Notes under the pieces: generated by a model | What the model was told of the DNA's origin: nothing | The model's database searches: none | What the model saw: the letters and a program-made list of their open reading frames with translations, nothing else | Assembly: GCA_016186795.1 (NCBI GenBank) | Contig: JACPKY010000002.1 | Location: 989,892-1,053,891 of the forward strand | DNA: 64,000 nt | DNA from: Candidatus Gottesmanbacteria bacterium | GTDB lineage: Bacteria > Patescibacteriota > Microgenomatia > 2-02-FULL-39-11 | Direction of reading: 5' to 3' | Program-made: the position numbers and the translations under genes | Shown: positions 8,108 to 18,237 of the stretch, in pieces | Layout: each line of letters opens with the position of its first letter | Numbering within the stretch: the stretch's first letter is position 1

Positions 8108-8892
8108 AAATTTACCCTCTCGGGACAAATGGATTCTTCCCCAGTTTTGAAAGGCAAACAATGTGTTTTGCCGTGCCATTTGAAAATATTCTCATTCTTC
8201 TGGATGCTGGGAGTGGCTTTTTCCGTTTTGTTGAACCAGGAGGGAAAAAACTTCTTGACTCAGTAAAGGAAGTACATATTTACCTTTCTCATTACCACTT
8301 AGATCATACATTCGGATTTTATGGCGGATGGAAAATTTTGAAAGGCAAAAAGGTTACCGTTTTTGGAGCGGAGAAAGAGAAAGTGTTTTCCGCTTTTACT
8401 CGAAAGTATTTCCCAATTGATTATGAGAAGGAACATGCTCAATTTCACTGGGAAAAACTCTCTTTTGGTCAAAACAGCCTGAGTGGATATACCGTTAACG
8501 TGAGAATGCAATCCCATAATACTGCTGGAAGTCTTGCGTTCCGTTTTCGATTTCCTAACGGGGAGGATTTTTCCTATGTAACAGATAGTGAACCGACAAG
8601 GGAAAGTGTTTCCTTTGTCTTTGGAACAGATCTTCTTCTTCATGAACACTATCTCCTTGGCGAAGACATGCTCAAAAGGAAAGATGCAAGACTCGAGGAC
8701 CATTTCCTTAGTGGACACACAACAACAGTAGGTGCAACAATGGTGGCAAGAGAAGGGAAAGTAGGAAGACTTGTTCTTATTCATCACTACCCGTTTGCAG
8801 GATTGGCACGACTGATCAAGCAAGAAAAAGTGGCTCGATCGATCTTCCCTGCAACCACCCTCTCGCAAGACTTAATACCTATTCCTCTCTAG
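8104..8892 (+). CDS. MBL-fold metallo-hydrolase
   Basis: HxHxDH motif LSHYHLDHTFG plus downstream His and Asp ligands. Confidence 0.65.
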   Translation: MKIYPLGTNGFFPSFERQTMCFAVPFENILILLDAGSGFFRFVEPGGKKLLDSVKEVHIYLSHYHLDHTFGFYGGWKILKGKKVTVFGAEKEKVFSAFTRKYFPIDYEKEHAQFHWEKLSFGQNSLSGYTVNVRMQSHNTAGSLAFRFRFPNGEDFSYVTDSEPTRESVSFVFGTDLLLHEHYLLGEDMLKRKDARLEDHFLSGHTTTVGATMVAREGKVGRLVLIHHYPFAGLARLIKQEKVARSIFPATTLSQDLIPIPL

Positions 8893-8896
8893 TTTA

Positions 8897-11509
8897 TTAG
8901 TGTTGCGGGACCTGAGGTTCTTCGAAGAAGTTCCGAAAAAACTCAATGAGTCGATCTCGAACCCTTCCGAGGAATGATTCTGAAGGCTCTTGAGAAGTGA
9001 TTGGATGGATCTGACTTGGATGTTTGGCAGCTTGCGGTTGATACGGTTGGGGGAGATGTTCTGCCATGGTAATAGTCAAGTTTAATTTTCCCGATGCAAG
9101 GGCTCTTTCCAGATCTTTTTTGGATGCAATACCAAACGGTGCAAGATGTTCTCTATAGAATGCTTCGAGTTTCTGCTGATTGAAGTGGTCTGACGCATTT
9201 TGTCCCTCCCTTCGCCTCCAAGCGGCATTAATTTGATTGATCGTATAGATATTTTCGGCAACGATTGGTAACCGGATGCGGTTTGCAGCAAGAGCTTGTG
9301 CAAAGATTCCTACAGCACTTCTTATCTCAACGGGAACCTGCTCTTTTTGTTCAAGTTCGTAGGAAACTCTTCCGGAGAGTACGACTTGAATATTTTGGAT
9401 GACTGCATCGGGTTCCTCATCGTATCTGGCAAGGAGAGGAACCCTTTTTATATATTCCGGAGCAAGCTCTTCAATCGTATGCAAATCGACCTGGTGCACC
9501 TGTTGGGCTACATCTTGGTCGTTTTCATCGCCAACAAGAATGATTGGAGGAAGAAATCCTTCAAGAGCAGAAGTTTCCTTATCAATTCGTATGCCTTTCA
9601 TATATCCGTCAAGAGCTGCATACATACCATTTTTTTGGAGAACAAAGAGGCGATCCAAAAAGGTTTGCGTGATTGCCCGATGTATCGCTTGAGGATTAGA
9701 GGCAGTCACAAAAGGAATTTTGTTTTCTTGGAAAAATTTCAGAAGGTCATCTCGTATCTCTTCAATATCATCTAACGCATTTTGATTGAGGATTTTCCGG
9801 ATAGGCCACTCGATGTTGTTTTTATTTTTTTGGTACTCTTCCCAAAATGTGAGAATCGTTTGGAAATCTGATTTTGCACCTCGTTGAAACTCTTTCAGAA
9901 GGAGTGCGATTTCTTCTTTACTTCCAGTAAAAAGCGGTTTTGCTCTGGTTGCACTCAGATATGCCGCAATAGTTATTGCTTCTCCTATACACTTATTTTC
10001 AATCCCTTTTGCAACCAGATACGCATACCGGGGTTCAATGCCCATTTCAACCATTAAATCTCCTAAAGGAGTGAGTCGTTCCTGGGAATCAAGAGCCCCC
10101 CATTTTTTTAACATTCGTATGGCGTATGCGAGATTTTGTTCAGGAGGTCTGGCCATGAGTTTAATATCATCGAGGGAACTGATGCCATACTTTTTCAGTC
10201 GCATCACAAACGACATAGGATTTTTTCTTTCTATCTCTGAAACTTTTGCCTGCGGACGAGATTCAAAATTATCCTCGTTAAAGAGTGCAAAATAGTCTCC
10301 TTCCCTGACTCGTCCTGCGCGTCCCATTCTCTGAAGGAGTGAATTTTTGGAACAAGGAACAAGCTTTATTCGTTCAATTCCAGTCGATGGGTTGAACTCA
10401 GTCTGCCGTACCAGTCCGGAATCAATCACAAACTGGAGATTTTTCAGAGTCAGACCGGTTTCTGCAACATCAGTTGCGATGAGAATGGTTCTCTCCTCTG
10501 ATCCAGATAGAGCCTCATTGAGTTTTTCCTCGGAGAGCTGGGAATGGTAGGGGATGATTTTCAATGCAAAGCTTCCGGAATCATCTGCGATACCAGCTTC
10601 TTTTAACTGTCGAAGAGCAACTTCTTCTCCAAGCTCTTGAATCAGCTCGTTTTTGATTCTTTCAAATTCATCAATGATCGCCTTTTCTGTTGCCCGAATT
10701 TCTGCTTTCCCCGGCATGAAGGTGAGAATGTTTCCGCGTTCTTTTTTCCTTTCTTCATGACGGAGAATTTGAGAAAATAACGTCTCTGCTGCTTTTCTGG
10801 CCATGTCTTTCGGCTTTACATACTCTTTCTCTTTTAAAAAATGTGGTTCTACATGAAACATTCTTCCTTCAACAGGGACAACTTCTGAATTGGGAAAATA
10901 TTGTTTCAACGCCTCCAAGTTATTCGGAGTTGCAGTCATGGCAATCAGTTTTAAGGGGTTTGCGCCAGGGGTTTTTCTTCGTTTCTCCTGGACTTTTAAA
11001 AGAATTCCACCAAGAGCATTCAGGTCTTCAGTTTCTCCTTGAATTTCATCAAGAGCAACGTAGTCAAATCCAGAAAGAGTTGGGTTATGGAGGAGTATGC
11101 TCAAAAGAGTTCCTTCGGTCATAAACGTCATCTGAGCCTTATCAGATAGTCCTCTACCTGATCCACGATATTGGTAGGCGACTTCATCGCCAAGTCTTGT
11201 TCCACGAATTTGAGCAACAAATCTGGCGAGTCCTTCTGTGACTTTCCGTTTTGGCTCTGTAGTAATTCCGCGCCCTGGGACAATGAAGGGTATTGCTGTG
11301 GTTTTTCCTGATCCTGTTCCTCCTATGACAATGATACAGTCTTTATTTCCGTATGCTGCAAGAATATCTTCCCTGTGACCCCAGACCGGCGTACTTTCCA
11401 TTTTCTGCCTAGGAGATAGTCGGCGTTCTAATCTTCTCGCAGGTGATGTTTCCAGATCAGGATCTTGATTTACTGGAGAGTAATCTTCTCTATCCCGTTC
11501 AATTATCAT
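8897..11509 (-). CDS. DEAH/DExH-box ATP-dependent helicase (HrpA/HrpB-like)
   Basis: Walker A GGTGSGKTT. Motif II LDEIQ. TATPNN motif. HA2-like C-terminal region. The track ORF extends to 11707, but Met67 at 11509 avoids overlap with the trp leader hairpins. Confidence 0.6.
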   Translation of the reverse strand: MIIERDREDYSPVNQDPDLETSPARRLERRLSPRQKMESTPVWGHREDILAAYGNKDCIIVIGGTGSGKTTAIPFIVPGRGITTEPKRKVTEGLARFVAQIRGTRLGDEVAYQYRGSGRGLSDKAQMTFMTEGTLLSILLHNPTLSGFDYVALDEIQGETEDLNALGGILLKVQEKRRKTPGANPLKLIAMTATPNNLEALKQYFPNSEVVPVEGRMFHVEPHFLKEKEYVKPKDMARKAAETLFSQILRHEERKKERGNILTFMPGKAEIRATEKAIIDEFERIKNELIQELGEEVALRQLKEAGIADDSGSFALKIIPYHSQLSEEKLNEALSGSEERTILIATDVAETGLTLKNLQFVIDSGLVRQTEFNPSTGIERIKLVPCSKNSLLQRMGRAGRVREGDYFALFNEDNFESRPQAKVSEIERKNPMSFVMRLKKYGISSLDDIKLMARPPEQNLAYAIRMLKKWGALDSQERLTPLGDLMVEMGIEPRYAYLVAKGIENKCIGEAITIAAYLSATRAKPLFTGSKEEIALLLKEFQRGAKSDFQTILTFWEEYQKNKNNIEWPIRKILNQNALDDIEEIRDDLLKFFQENKIPFVTASNPQAIHRAITQTFLDRLFVLQKNGMYAALDGYMKGIRIDKETSALEGFLPPIILVGDENDQDVAQQVHQVDLHTIEELAPEYIKRVPLLARYDEEPDAVIQNIQVVLSGRVSYELEQKEQVPVEIRSAVGIFAQALAANRIRLPIVAENIYTINQINAAWRRREGQNASDHFNQQKLEAFYREHLAPFGIASKKDLERALASGKLNLTITMAEHLPQPYQPQAAKHPSQIHPITSQEPSESFLGRVRDRLIEFFRNFFEEPQVPQH

Positions 11510-11639
11510 AGTGTAAATGTATTGTATCTTTGTTTTTAGAGAAAAGCACGAATTGTGGAGTTGATCAGCGTCATTTGACATATGTGGTATGATAGAAAAA
11601 ATTAAATAAAAGCGTTGATCCGGCAGGTTGGAGCCGGGT

Positions 11640-11861
11640 CGTCCCGATAAAATCGGGACACGCTGCACAAAAGTATGTGACGGAGGCGAAACCGTTAAAG
11701 AAAGCAACGAGTGTCGTAAACAAAACGGAGCTCGTCTGAAATAAGGTTTCCTTATAAGACGTCCCGATTGTATCGGGATTTTTTATAGGCGATAAAACAA
11801 GGTGGCACCACGGTATTAACCGTCCTTGATCCCGATTCAATCGGGAGAGAGGACTTTTTTT
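11640..11861 (+). promoter_or_regulatory. trp operon leader: T-box-like antitermination element with terminator hairpin
   Basis: AAGGTGGCACCACGG at 11799-11813 resembles the T-box consensus AGGGUGGUACCGCGG. It is followed by an ACGGT/ACCGT helix and a terminator GTCCT..TCCCGATtcaATCGGGA..AGGAC plus T7 ending 8 bp before the trpE start. The same TCCCGAT/ATCGGGA stem occurs three times (11641-11659, 11761-11779 plus T6, 11830-11846). Confidence 0.4.
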
Positions 11862-13223
11862 ATGGATATTTTTCAAAAAATACATCTTGGCAAGTATCGA
11901 GAGGAAGAAATAGATATTCCACTTTCGGCTTTTGAAGCCTTTAAAAGGCTTTATGGAAATTTTCGCACGATGTTTCTTCTTGAATCTCTCGGTGAAGAGG
12001 GAAAATACAATCGGTACTCCTATGTGGGATTTGATCCAACTTTTCTAATTCATGCCCGAGGGAAAAATCTCACGATCAACGGAAAATCATACGAAGTGAC
12101 AAATCCTTATCGACAACTAAGCACTTTCACAAGATTAAACGATAATGCGCATGATTTCTCCGGAGGATTGGTAGGATATATTTCCTATGAAGGTACTCAA
12201 TATTTTGAAAAAGCATTTACTCCAAAATCAAATAGAGAATTTTCAGATTTCGCATTCGGATTCTATCCCGATGGATTGAAGTTTGATAAGAAAACGAGAC
12301 GGTGCATCTATTTTCATCATGGGCAATCGAGGCGTCGAATGGTTCTTGGTGTTCTCCATGGGTCCGGAGACCTGCAATCATTTTCATTCAAAACATTAGC
12401 ATCTCAATCGAGCCAAAAGCACCATTCTGCCATTGTTGCAAAGGCCAAACAAGAAATAAAAAAAGGGAATATCTTTCAAGTGGTTCTTTCAGTTCGGACG
12501 AATTATCACCTCTTTGGGGATACAAGAAGACTGTATGCAGCGATTAGATCGATTAATCCTTCTCCATACATGTCCTATCTCAAATTTGGTGAGCAAGAAA
12601 TTTTGTCGGCAAGTCCTGAGCTTCTTATACGAGTAAAAGGAAGATATATTGAACATTTTGGGACACTGGCAGGAACAATATCTCGGGGCGAGAGTGAAAA
12701 AGAAGATGAAAAACTAGCAGTACAGCTAAAAGCAGATGAAAAAGAGATGGCAGAGCACATGATGCTTGTCGATTTGGCGCGAAATGATGTAGGGAAAATC
12801 TGCAAATTTGGCAGTATTTCGATAGATAAATTAGCGTCTGTGAAGCCGTATAGTCATGTTCAACATTTGTATTCAGAAATTCGAGGAAGGCTTAGAGAGA
12901 ACGAAACTGTCTTTTCGGCATTAGCTGCATGCTTTCCAGCAGGGACTCTCACCGGTGCCCCAAAAATCGAAGCGATGAAAATTATCAATTCGTTAGAAAG
13001 TGAACCCCGCGGTCCCTATGGTGGAGTTATTGGGTATGCGTCATTAAACGGTGAAGCCATGTTCTCCATAGCCATACGGTCAATTTTTGCCCATGGTCAA
13101 TACGCATATACCCAGACAGGAAGCGGCATAGTTTTGGATTCGAAAGTAACACATGAGTATCAAGAAATAATAAATAAACAAAAAGCAATGGAGGAAGCCC
13201 TGAGACTCGCTCAAGGTGAGTAG
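11862..13223 (+). CDS. trpE: Anthranilate synthase component I
   Basis: Chorismate-binding enzyme motifs (LESLGEEG...; GxxGYxxYE; C-terminal PKIEAMKII...GPYGG). First gene of the trp cluster. The start was moved to the Met after the leader terminator. Confidence 0.85.
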   Translation: MDIFQKIHLGKYREEEIDIPLSAFEAFKRLYGNFRTMFLLESLGEEGKYNRYSYVGFDPTFLIHARGKNLTINGKSYEVTNPYRQLSTFTRLNDNAHDFSGGLVGYISYEGTQYFEKAFTPKSNREFSDFAFGFYPDGLKFDKKTRRCIYFHHGQSRRRMVLGVLHGSGDLQSFSFKTLASQSSQKHHSAIVAKAKQEIKKGNIFQVVLSVRTNYHLFGDTRRLYAAIRSINPSPYMSYLKFGEQEILSASPELLIRVKGRYIEHFGTLAGTISRGESEKEDEKLAVQLKADEKEMAEHMMLVDLARNDVGKICKFGSISIDKLASVKPYSHVQHLYSEIRGRLRENETVFSALAACFPAGTLTGAPKIEAMKIINSLESEPRGPYGGVIGYASLNGEAMFSIAIRSIFAHGQYAYTQTGSGIVLDSKVTHEYQEIINKQKAMEEALRLAQGE

Positions 13224-13806
13224 TACGATGAAAACTCTTATTATCGATAATTTTGATTCTTTTACCTACAACCTTTATCAATATCTGGGAGAGTTAGGAG
13301 GTAACCCTGACGTTAAACGAAATGATGAGATAAATCTTCAATATATTGAAAAAGGAAGTTTTACTCATCTTGTCATTTCGCCAGGCCCAGGATCACCCGA
13401 TGACGAAAAATATTTCGGTATTTGTAAAGAAGTAATACTTCGTTATGGAAAAAAGATTCCGCTCTTAGGAGTCTGCCTGGGACACCAAGGGATTATTTCC
13501 ACATTTGGCGGAAAAGTTACCCCGGCAAAGAAAATTATGCACGGGAAAAAGAGCAAGATTGTTCATGGTAGAAAGGGAATTTTTCATGGTGTTAAAAATC
13601 CTCTATCTGGTATGAGGTACCATTCCCTTGTCGGAGAGAAAGAATCGATTCCTTCATGTTTGGTTGTTACTGCACACACACAGGATAACGAAACTGTTAT
13701 GGCAGTGCGTCATAGGGCGTTTCCAATATACGGGGTGCAATTTCATCCGGAATCTATCGGAACTGAAGATGGCAAAAAAATTCTGGAAAATTTTCTGAAG
13801 ATGTAA
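13216..13806 (+). CDS. trpG: Anthranilate synthase component II (glutamine amidotransferase)
   Basis: Class I GATase triad context GVCLGHQ, and HPES near the C-terminus. Confidence 0.85.
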   Translation: MSSTMKTLIIDNFDSFTYNLYQYLGELGGNPDVKRNDEINLQYIEKGSFTHLVISPGPGSPDDEKYFGICKEVILRYGKKIPLLGVCLGHQGIISTFGGKVTPAKKIMHGKKSKIVHGRKGIFHGVKNPLSGMRYHSLVGEKESIPSCLVVTAHTQDNETVMAVRHRAFPIYGVQFHPESIGTEDGKKILENFLKM

Positions 13807-13810
13807 AAAT

Positions 13811-14806
13811 ATGGAGATCAAAACCATCATTTCAAAATTAGTTGAGAAAAAAGATTTAACACTCCTTGAGGCAGAAACTCTTATGGAAGAAATAGTCCGA
13901 GGAGAGGTACCATTCTCGCAAATCGCGTCAATTTTAACAGCGTTACATATGAAAGGGGAAAGTACTCAAGAAATTCTTGGATTTATAAAAGTTTTGAGGA
14001 AACATATGGTAACGGTCAAAACCGATGGAGTTGTCATCGATACCTGTGGAACGGGTGGGGACGGGTCTGGTACGTTTAATATCTCAACTGTCGTGGCATT
14101 CGTGGTCGCAGGAGCAGGAGTTGCAGTTGCCAAGCATGGGAATAGGTCAGCAAGTAGTCTATGCGGTAGCGCTGATGTCCTGGAAGCCTTAGGAGTTAAT
14201 ATTAATCGCACACCAGAACAGGCGGAGAAACTTCTTCAAGAGACGAATTTCACTTTTCTCTTTGCTCCTTTGTATCATCCGGCAATGAAGCATGTTGTAC
14301 CAGTACGGAAAGAGTTAGGAATACGGACAGTTTTCAATTTTCTTGGCCCATTTTTAAACCCTGCAAGTGTAAAAAAACAGATTGTCGGAGTGCCGAATAA
14401 AAATGTAGCAGAAAAATTAGCAAATGTTGCAATGTATATGGACTACGAACATCTTTTAATAGTCACAAGTTCCGATGGACTCGATGAAATAGGCACATAT
14501 GGGCAGACGTATGGATATGAGATTTGCGGAAAAACGATAAAGAAAATAATCATAAATCCCCAAACATTTGGTATTCCCAAGTCGAGTAAGCGAGCACTGG
14601 AAGGAGGGACAGCCAGTGAGAATGCAAAAATTATTCTCGATATTTTAAGAGGGGAAAAAAGTCCAAAACGAGATATCGTTATTCTCAATAGCGCCTTTGC
14701 TCTATGTATCTCCGGGAAGGTTGGGACTGTTGATGATGGTATTCGGCTGGCGTCTCAGTCAATAGACCTGGGGAAAGCCAAAGAAGTATTGGAGGAATCT
14801 ATATGA
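13811..14806 (+). CDS. trpD: Anthranilate phosphoribosyltransferase
   Basis: GTGGDG motif (DTCGTGGDGSGTFNIST) and KHGNRSASS. Confidence 0.85.
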   Translation: MEIKTIISKLVEKKDLTLLEAETLMEEIVRGEVPFSQIASILTALHMKGESTQEILGFIKVLRKHMVTVKTDGVVIDTCGTGGDGSGTFNISTVVAFVVAGAGVAVAKHGNRSASSLCGSADVLEALGVNINRTPEQAEKLLQETNFTFLFAPLYHPAMKHVVPVRKELGIRTVFNFLGPFLNPASVKKQIVGVPNKNVAEKLANVAMYMDYEHLLIVTSSDGLDEIGTYGQTYGYEICGKTIKKIIINPQTFGIPKSSKRALEGGTASENAKIILDILRGEKSPKRDIVILNSAFALCISGKVGTVDDGIRLASQSIDLGKAKEVLEESI

Positions 14807-15699
14807 AGATCACTTTGCAGGATATTATTCAAAATAAAAAGAGAGAGATCGGGAGAAAGCAACGTAGGTTTGATAAGGTTCAGGGTTTGTCGACACTTCT
14901 GCATGACGTTCGGCAACCTTATAAATACCCTCAAGGAACTCTCTCATCCTCACTAAATGAGCATCGACCGCCCAACTTTTTCTCTTCGTATATTCAACTC
15001 GCAGGTCGACGCTCAGTTCATGCACAAATGGACAAACCCTTCACCTCCAAACAAAATCTTGAGGATATTGCTCTCATCGCAGAGATCAAAATTGCATCTC
15101 CTACATCCGGAAGACTCGGAAATCTTGCCGATGTAAAAGAAAAAGTTTCATCGTACGAACTTGGAGGAGCGGACTCTCTGTCAGTTGTGGTTGACAAAAA
15201 ATATTTTGGGGGTAGTTTTGCGCTTCTTCAAAAAGTGAGATCATTTTCACAACTTCCTATCCTTTCAAAAGATTTTGTCATTGATAAATACCAAGTGTAT
15301 GAAGCTAAGTTTCATGGTGCAGATGCAGTACTTTTGATAGCAAAAATTGTATCCCAGGATAAATTAAAAATGTTAGTCAAACTGGTAAGAGAGTTGGAAA
15401 TGGAGCCTGTGGTTGAGGTGAATTCACTTGAAGAACTACGGCGTGTGTTAAGAGTAAATACCAGAATTATTGCTGTGAATGCGCGAAACCTTGATGATTT
15501 TTCTCTTGATCTTGATAAAGCATGTAGAATACTTAAAAGGATTCCGCAAAATATGGTAGCACTTGCATTCTCCGGAGTGTCTTCCCGAAATGAAATTGTG
15601 AAATACAAAGACGCAGGAGCAAAAGGAGTCTTAGTAGGAACGACTCTTATGAAATCAAAAGATCCGGCAAAAGTTATAAAGGAGTTAAAGGGTTTATGA
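14803..15699 (+). CDS. trpC: Indole-3-glycerol phosphate synthase
   Basis: IAEIKIASPTSG motif and operon position. Has an N-terminal extension of about 40 aa relative to typical IGPS. Confidence 0.75.
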   Translation: MKITLQDIIQNKKREIGRKQRRFDKVQGLSTLLHDVRQPYKYPQGTLSSSLNEHRPPNFFSSYIQLAGRRSVHAQMDKPFTSKQNLEDIALIAEIKIASPTSGRLGNLADVKEKVSSYELGGADSLSVVVDKKYFGGSFALLQKVRSFSQLPILSKDFVIDKYQVYEAKFHGADAVLLIAKIVSQDKLKMLVKLVRELEMEPVVEVNSLEELRRVLRVNTRIIAVNARNLDDFSLDLDKACRILKRIPQNMVALAFSGVSSRNEIVKYKDAGAKGVLVGTTLMKSKDPAKVIKELKGL

Positions 15700-16310
15700 A
15701 TACGAAAGCAAAAATTTGCGGTATAAGAACTATTGAAGCAGCCTTAGGCTGTGTGAAATTTGGTGCGGATTTTTTAGGTTTCAATTTTGTCTCAACATCA
15801 AGACGATTTATTCCTCCTCTGAAAGCCAGAGAGATCATTGAAGAATTGCCAAAAGAGATAAAAATTGTCGGTGTTTTTCAAAATGAATCGATGGAAGAAA
15901 TAAAAAAGGCTGTTGGCCTTTTACGACTTGATTTTGTACAACTTCATGGCAGGGAGGGGCGGGAGTACTCTTCACTTACGCAATATGCCGGGGTTATAAA
16001 AGCGTTTTCACTGGGTAGCGATTTTGATTCAACAAAACTTCTTGAGGAAATGGAAACGTATAATGTCGATTATTTTCTCCTTGATAGAAACGTTCAGGGG
16101 GAGGGAGTGCAACTTAACCTCCAGCGTGTAAAAGAGGTAACTGTTCATTACCCCATTTTCCTTGCAGGTGGGTTAACTTCCAAAAACATAGATATCATTG
16201 CACACGTTGCCCAACCGTATGCAGTAGATATCGCAGGTGGTGTCGAAACATATGGTGAAACTGATTTAGACAAGGTGAAAGAGGTTATTGGAAGGATAAA
16301 ACATGAATAG
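15696..16310 (+). CDS. trpF: Phosphoribosylanthranilate isomerase
   Basis: KICGIRT start, and QLHG and LAGGL motifs typical of PRAI. Confidence 0.8.
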   Translation: MNTKAKICGIRTIEAALGCVKFGADFLGFNFVSTSRRFIPPLKAREIIEELPKEIKIVGVFQNESMEEIKKAVGLLRLDFVQLHGREGREYSSLTQYAGVIKAFSLGSDFDSTKLLEEMETYNVDYFLLDRNVQGEGVQLNLQRVKEVTVHYPIFLAGGLTSKNIDIIAHVAQPYAVDIAGGVETYGETDLDKVKEVIGRIKHE

Positions 16311-17472
16311 AAGAGGGTATTTTGGTAAGTACGGAGGACAATTTGTACCGGAGTTTTTGTATCCGGCGCTTACTCAGTTGGAAAAAGTGTTTTGGGAGGC
16401 AAAAGAGGATAAGGAATTTCTAGAAGAATATGATCGATTACTTGCTGAGTATGCAGGGAGACCAACTCCGTTGTATTTTGCCCAAAATACTTCAAAGCTT
16501 ATGGGCTGCCGCGTTTATTTCAAGCGTGAAGATTTGGTCAGTGGCGGTTCTCATAAGTTAAATAATGCGTTAGGACAAGCACTCTTGACAAAATACATGG
16601 GGAAGAAACAAATAATTACAGAAACAGCTGCAGGTATGCATGGGGTGGCGACAAGTATGGCCGCCAATGTTATTGGCCTTTCCTGCAATGTCTTTATGGG
16701 AGTAAAAGATATTGAACGACAAAAAATCAATGCGGAGAAGATAAAGCTTTTAGGAGGAAATGTTATTGCAGTTACGCGGGGAAGCGGAGTGTTAAAAGAT
16801 GCGGTTTCCGAGGCGCTCGTATCTTGGATTCGAGATCTGCCAACGACACATTATCTTATTGGTTCTGCAGTTGGGCCTCATCCATATCCTACGATTGTTG
16901 CTTTTTTTCAAAAAATGATTGGGGACGAGGCAAGAAAACAGATTCTTAAAAAAACGGGAAAGCTTCCAAAGACAATTATTGCCTGTGGATCTGGAGGAAG
17001 TAATGCTCTTGGTATATATCAGGCGTTTGTAAAGGATAAAGACGTAGAGTTGGTATTTGTCGAGGGTGGAGGAACAAGTTTGAAAGGCACACATCATGCT
17101 GCAGCATTTAAAGAAGGATCGGTAGGTATCTTTCAAGGAGCCAAAACATATCTTGTTCAAGATGACTATGGTATGGATAGGAAAACAGAGTCTCGTAGCG
17201 CTGGTCTTAATTACCCGGCCCGGGGTCCGCAACTTTCCTATCTCTATAAGATGGGAAGACTGAAAGCATGTGTTGCATCTGACAAAGAAGTTCTTGAAGC
17301 ATTTGAGAAAATGGGGAAACTAGAAGGGCTTCTTCCTGCGTTTGAAACATGTCATGCAATCGCTGAGCTTATCAAACGAAGAGGGAAATATAAAAAAGAT
17401 GATATTGTTCTATTAAATTTCTCAGGGCGTGGAGATAAGGATATTGATACAGCAATCAAGTTGAGAATATGA
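16303..17472 (+). CDS. trpB: Tryptophan synthase beta chain
   Basis: PLP-lysine region GGSHKLNNALGQ and GSGGSNALG. Confidence 0.9.
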   Translation: MNRRGYFGKYGGQFVPEFLYPALTQLEKVFWEAKEDKEFLEEYDRLLAEYAGRPTPLYFAQNTSKLMGCRVYFKREDLVSGGSHKLNNALGQALLTKYMGKKQIITETAAGMHGVATSMAANVIGLSCNVFMGVKDIERQKINAEKIKLLGGNVIAVTRGSGVLKDAVSEALVSWIRDLPTTHYLIGSAVGPHPYPTIVAFFQKMIGDEARKQILKKTGKLPKTIIACGSGGSNALGIYQAFVKDKDVELVFVEGGGTSLKGTHHAAAFKEGSVGIFQGAKTYLVQDDYGMDRKTESRSAGLNYPARGPQLSYLYKMGRLKACVASDKEVLEAFEKMGKLEGLLPAFETCHAIAELIKRRGKYKKDDIVLLNFSGRGDKDIDTAIKLRI

Positions 17473-18233
17473 AATGTGTAATGACTCATTTGTACTACGG
17501 CGATCCAACGAAAGAGTTTTCGCAACAGCTTGCTAAAACTCTCGATGGAAGTGGCGCCGATATTCTTGAGATCGGCATTCCCTATACAGATCCGGTCTGC
17601 GATGGAGAAGTTTTTCAAAGGGCATGCAAACGGGCTTTGGAGTCTGGTACAAATCCGTTTGATGTCATCAACGGTATAAAAAAGTTACGAGCGGAAGGAG
17701 TACAAATACCAATCTATCTAACAAGTTACTATGGACCCATCTTTAAGATTGGAATTGAGAAATTTGTAGGACTAATAAACGAGGCTCAAGTAAATGGACT
17801 GATTATTCCGGATTTACTCCTTTCGGAGCAAGATGAATTAAGGACGGTTTGTGACAGATTCAAGATATCACTTATCCAATTTGCAACGGTGTACTCTTCA
17901 ACAGAAAGATTGCGACAGATCGTATCGGCTTCCACTGATTTTATCTACTGTATTTCAATTCCGGGAGTAACAGGAGATATATTTGATCAAAGGAGAAATC
18001 TTCTTTCGCAACTGACGGTTTTGAAAGAACTTACGACCCAAAAAATTCTGGTTGGTTTTGGTATACAAACTGCTCGTGATGCAAGAAAAATCATACGTAT
18101 GGGAGGAGATGGTGTCATTATTGGCAGTGCCATTGCAAAAATGTATGAAGAAAATATTGAATTCCCAAAAAAAAGTTTAGCTAAAATTTCTTCTTTTGTA
18201 AAAGAGATAAAAGGAAGTACAATATACAAATAA
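17469..18233 (+). CDS. trpA: Tryptophan synthase alpha chain
   Basis: LEIGIPYTDPVCDGEV and GFGI motifs. Confidence 0.85.
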   Translation: MKCVMTHLYYGDPTKEFSQQLAKTLDGSGADILEIGIPYTDPVCDGEVFQRACKRALESGTNPFDVINGIKKLRAEGVQIPIYLTSYYGPIFKIGIEKFVGLINEAQVNGLIIPDLLLSEQDELRTVCDRFKISLIQFATVYSSTERLRQIVSASTDFIYCISIPGVTGDIFDQRRNLLSQLTVLKELTTQKILVGFGIQTARDARKIIRMGGDGVIIGSAIAKMYEENIEFPKKSLAKISSFVKEIKGSTIYK

Positions 18234-18237
18234 AACT

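Noticed and set aside
8299-8868. 189-aa Cys-rich ORF antisense to the MBL hydrolase gene, and similar long antisense ORFs (9296-9775, 22267-22689, 59172-59861, 16792-17232, 30582-30797 and others)
   Set aside because: Each lies fully inside a well-supported gene on the opposite strand that has clear catalytic motifs. They have no motifs of their own. They are shadow ORFs.
11586-11609. Mini-ORF ATG TGG TAT GAT AGA AAA AAT TAA (MWYDRKN) as a Trp-codon leader peptide for classical attenuation
   Set aside because: It has only one Trp codon, and it coincides with the TGgTATGAT extended -10 promoter element. More likely a promoter than a leader peptide.
11826-11861. Track start codon for trpE at 11826 (MIPIQSGERTFF...)
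   Set aside because: These 12 codons are the terminator hairpin TCCCGATTCAATCGGGA plus the U-tract of the leader. The start was moved to the Met at 11862.
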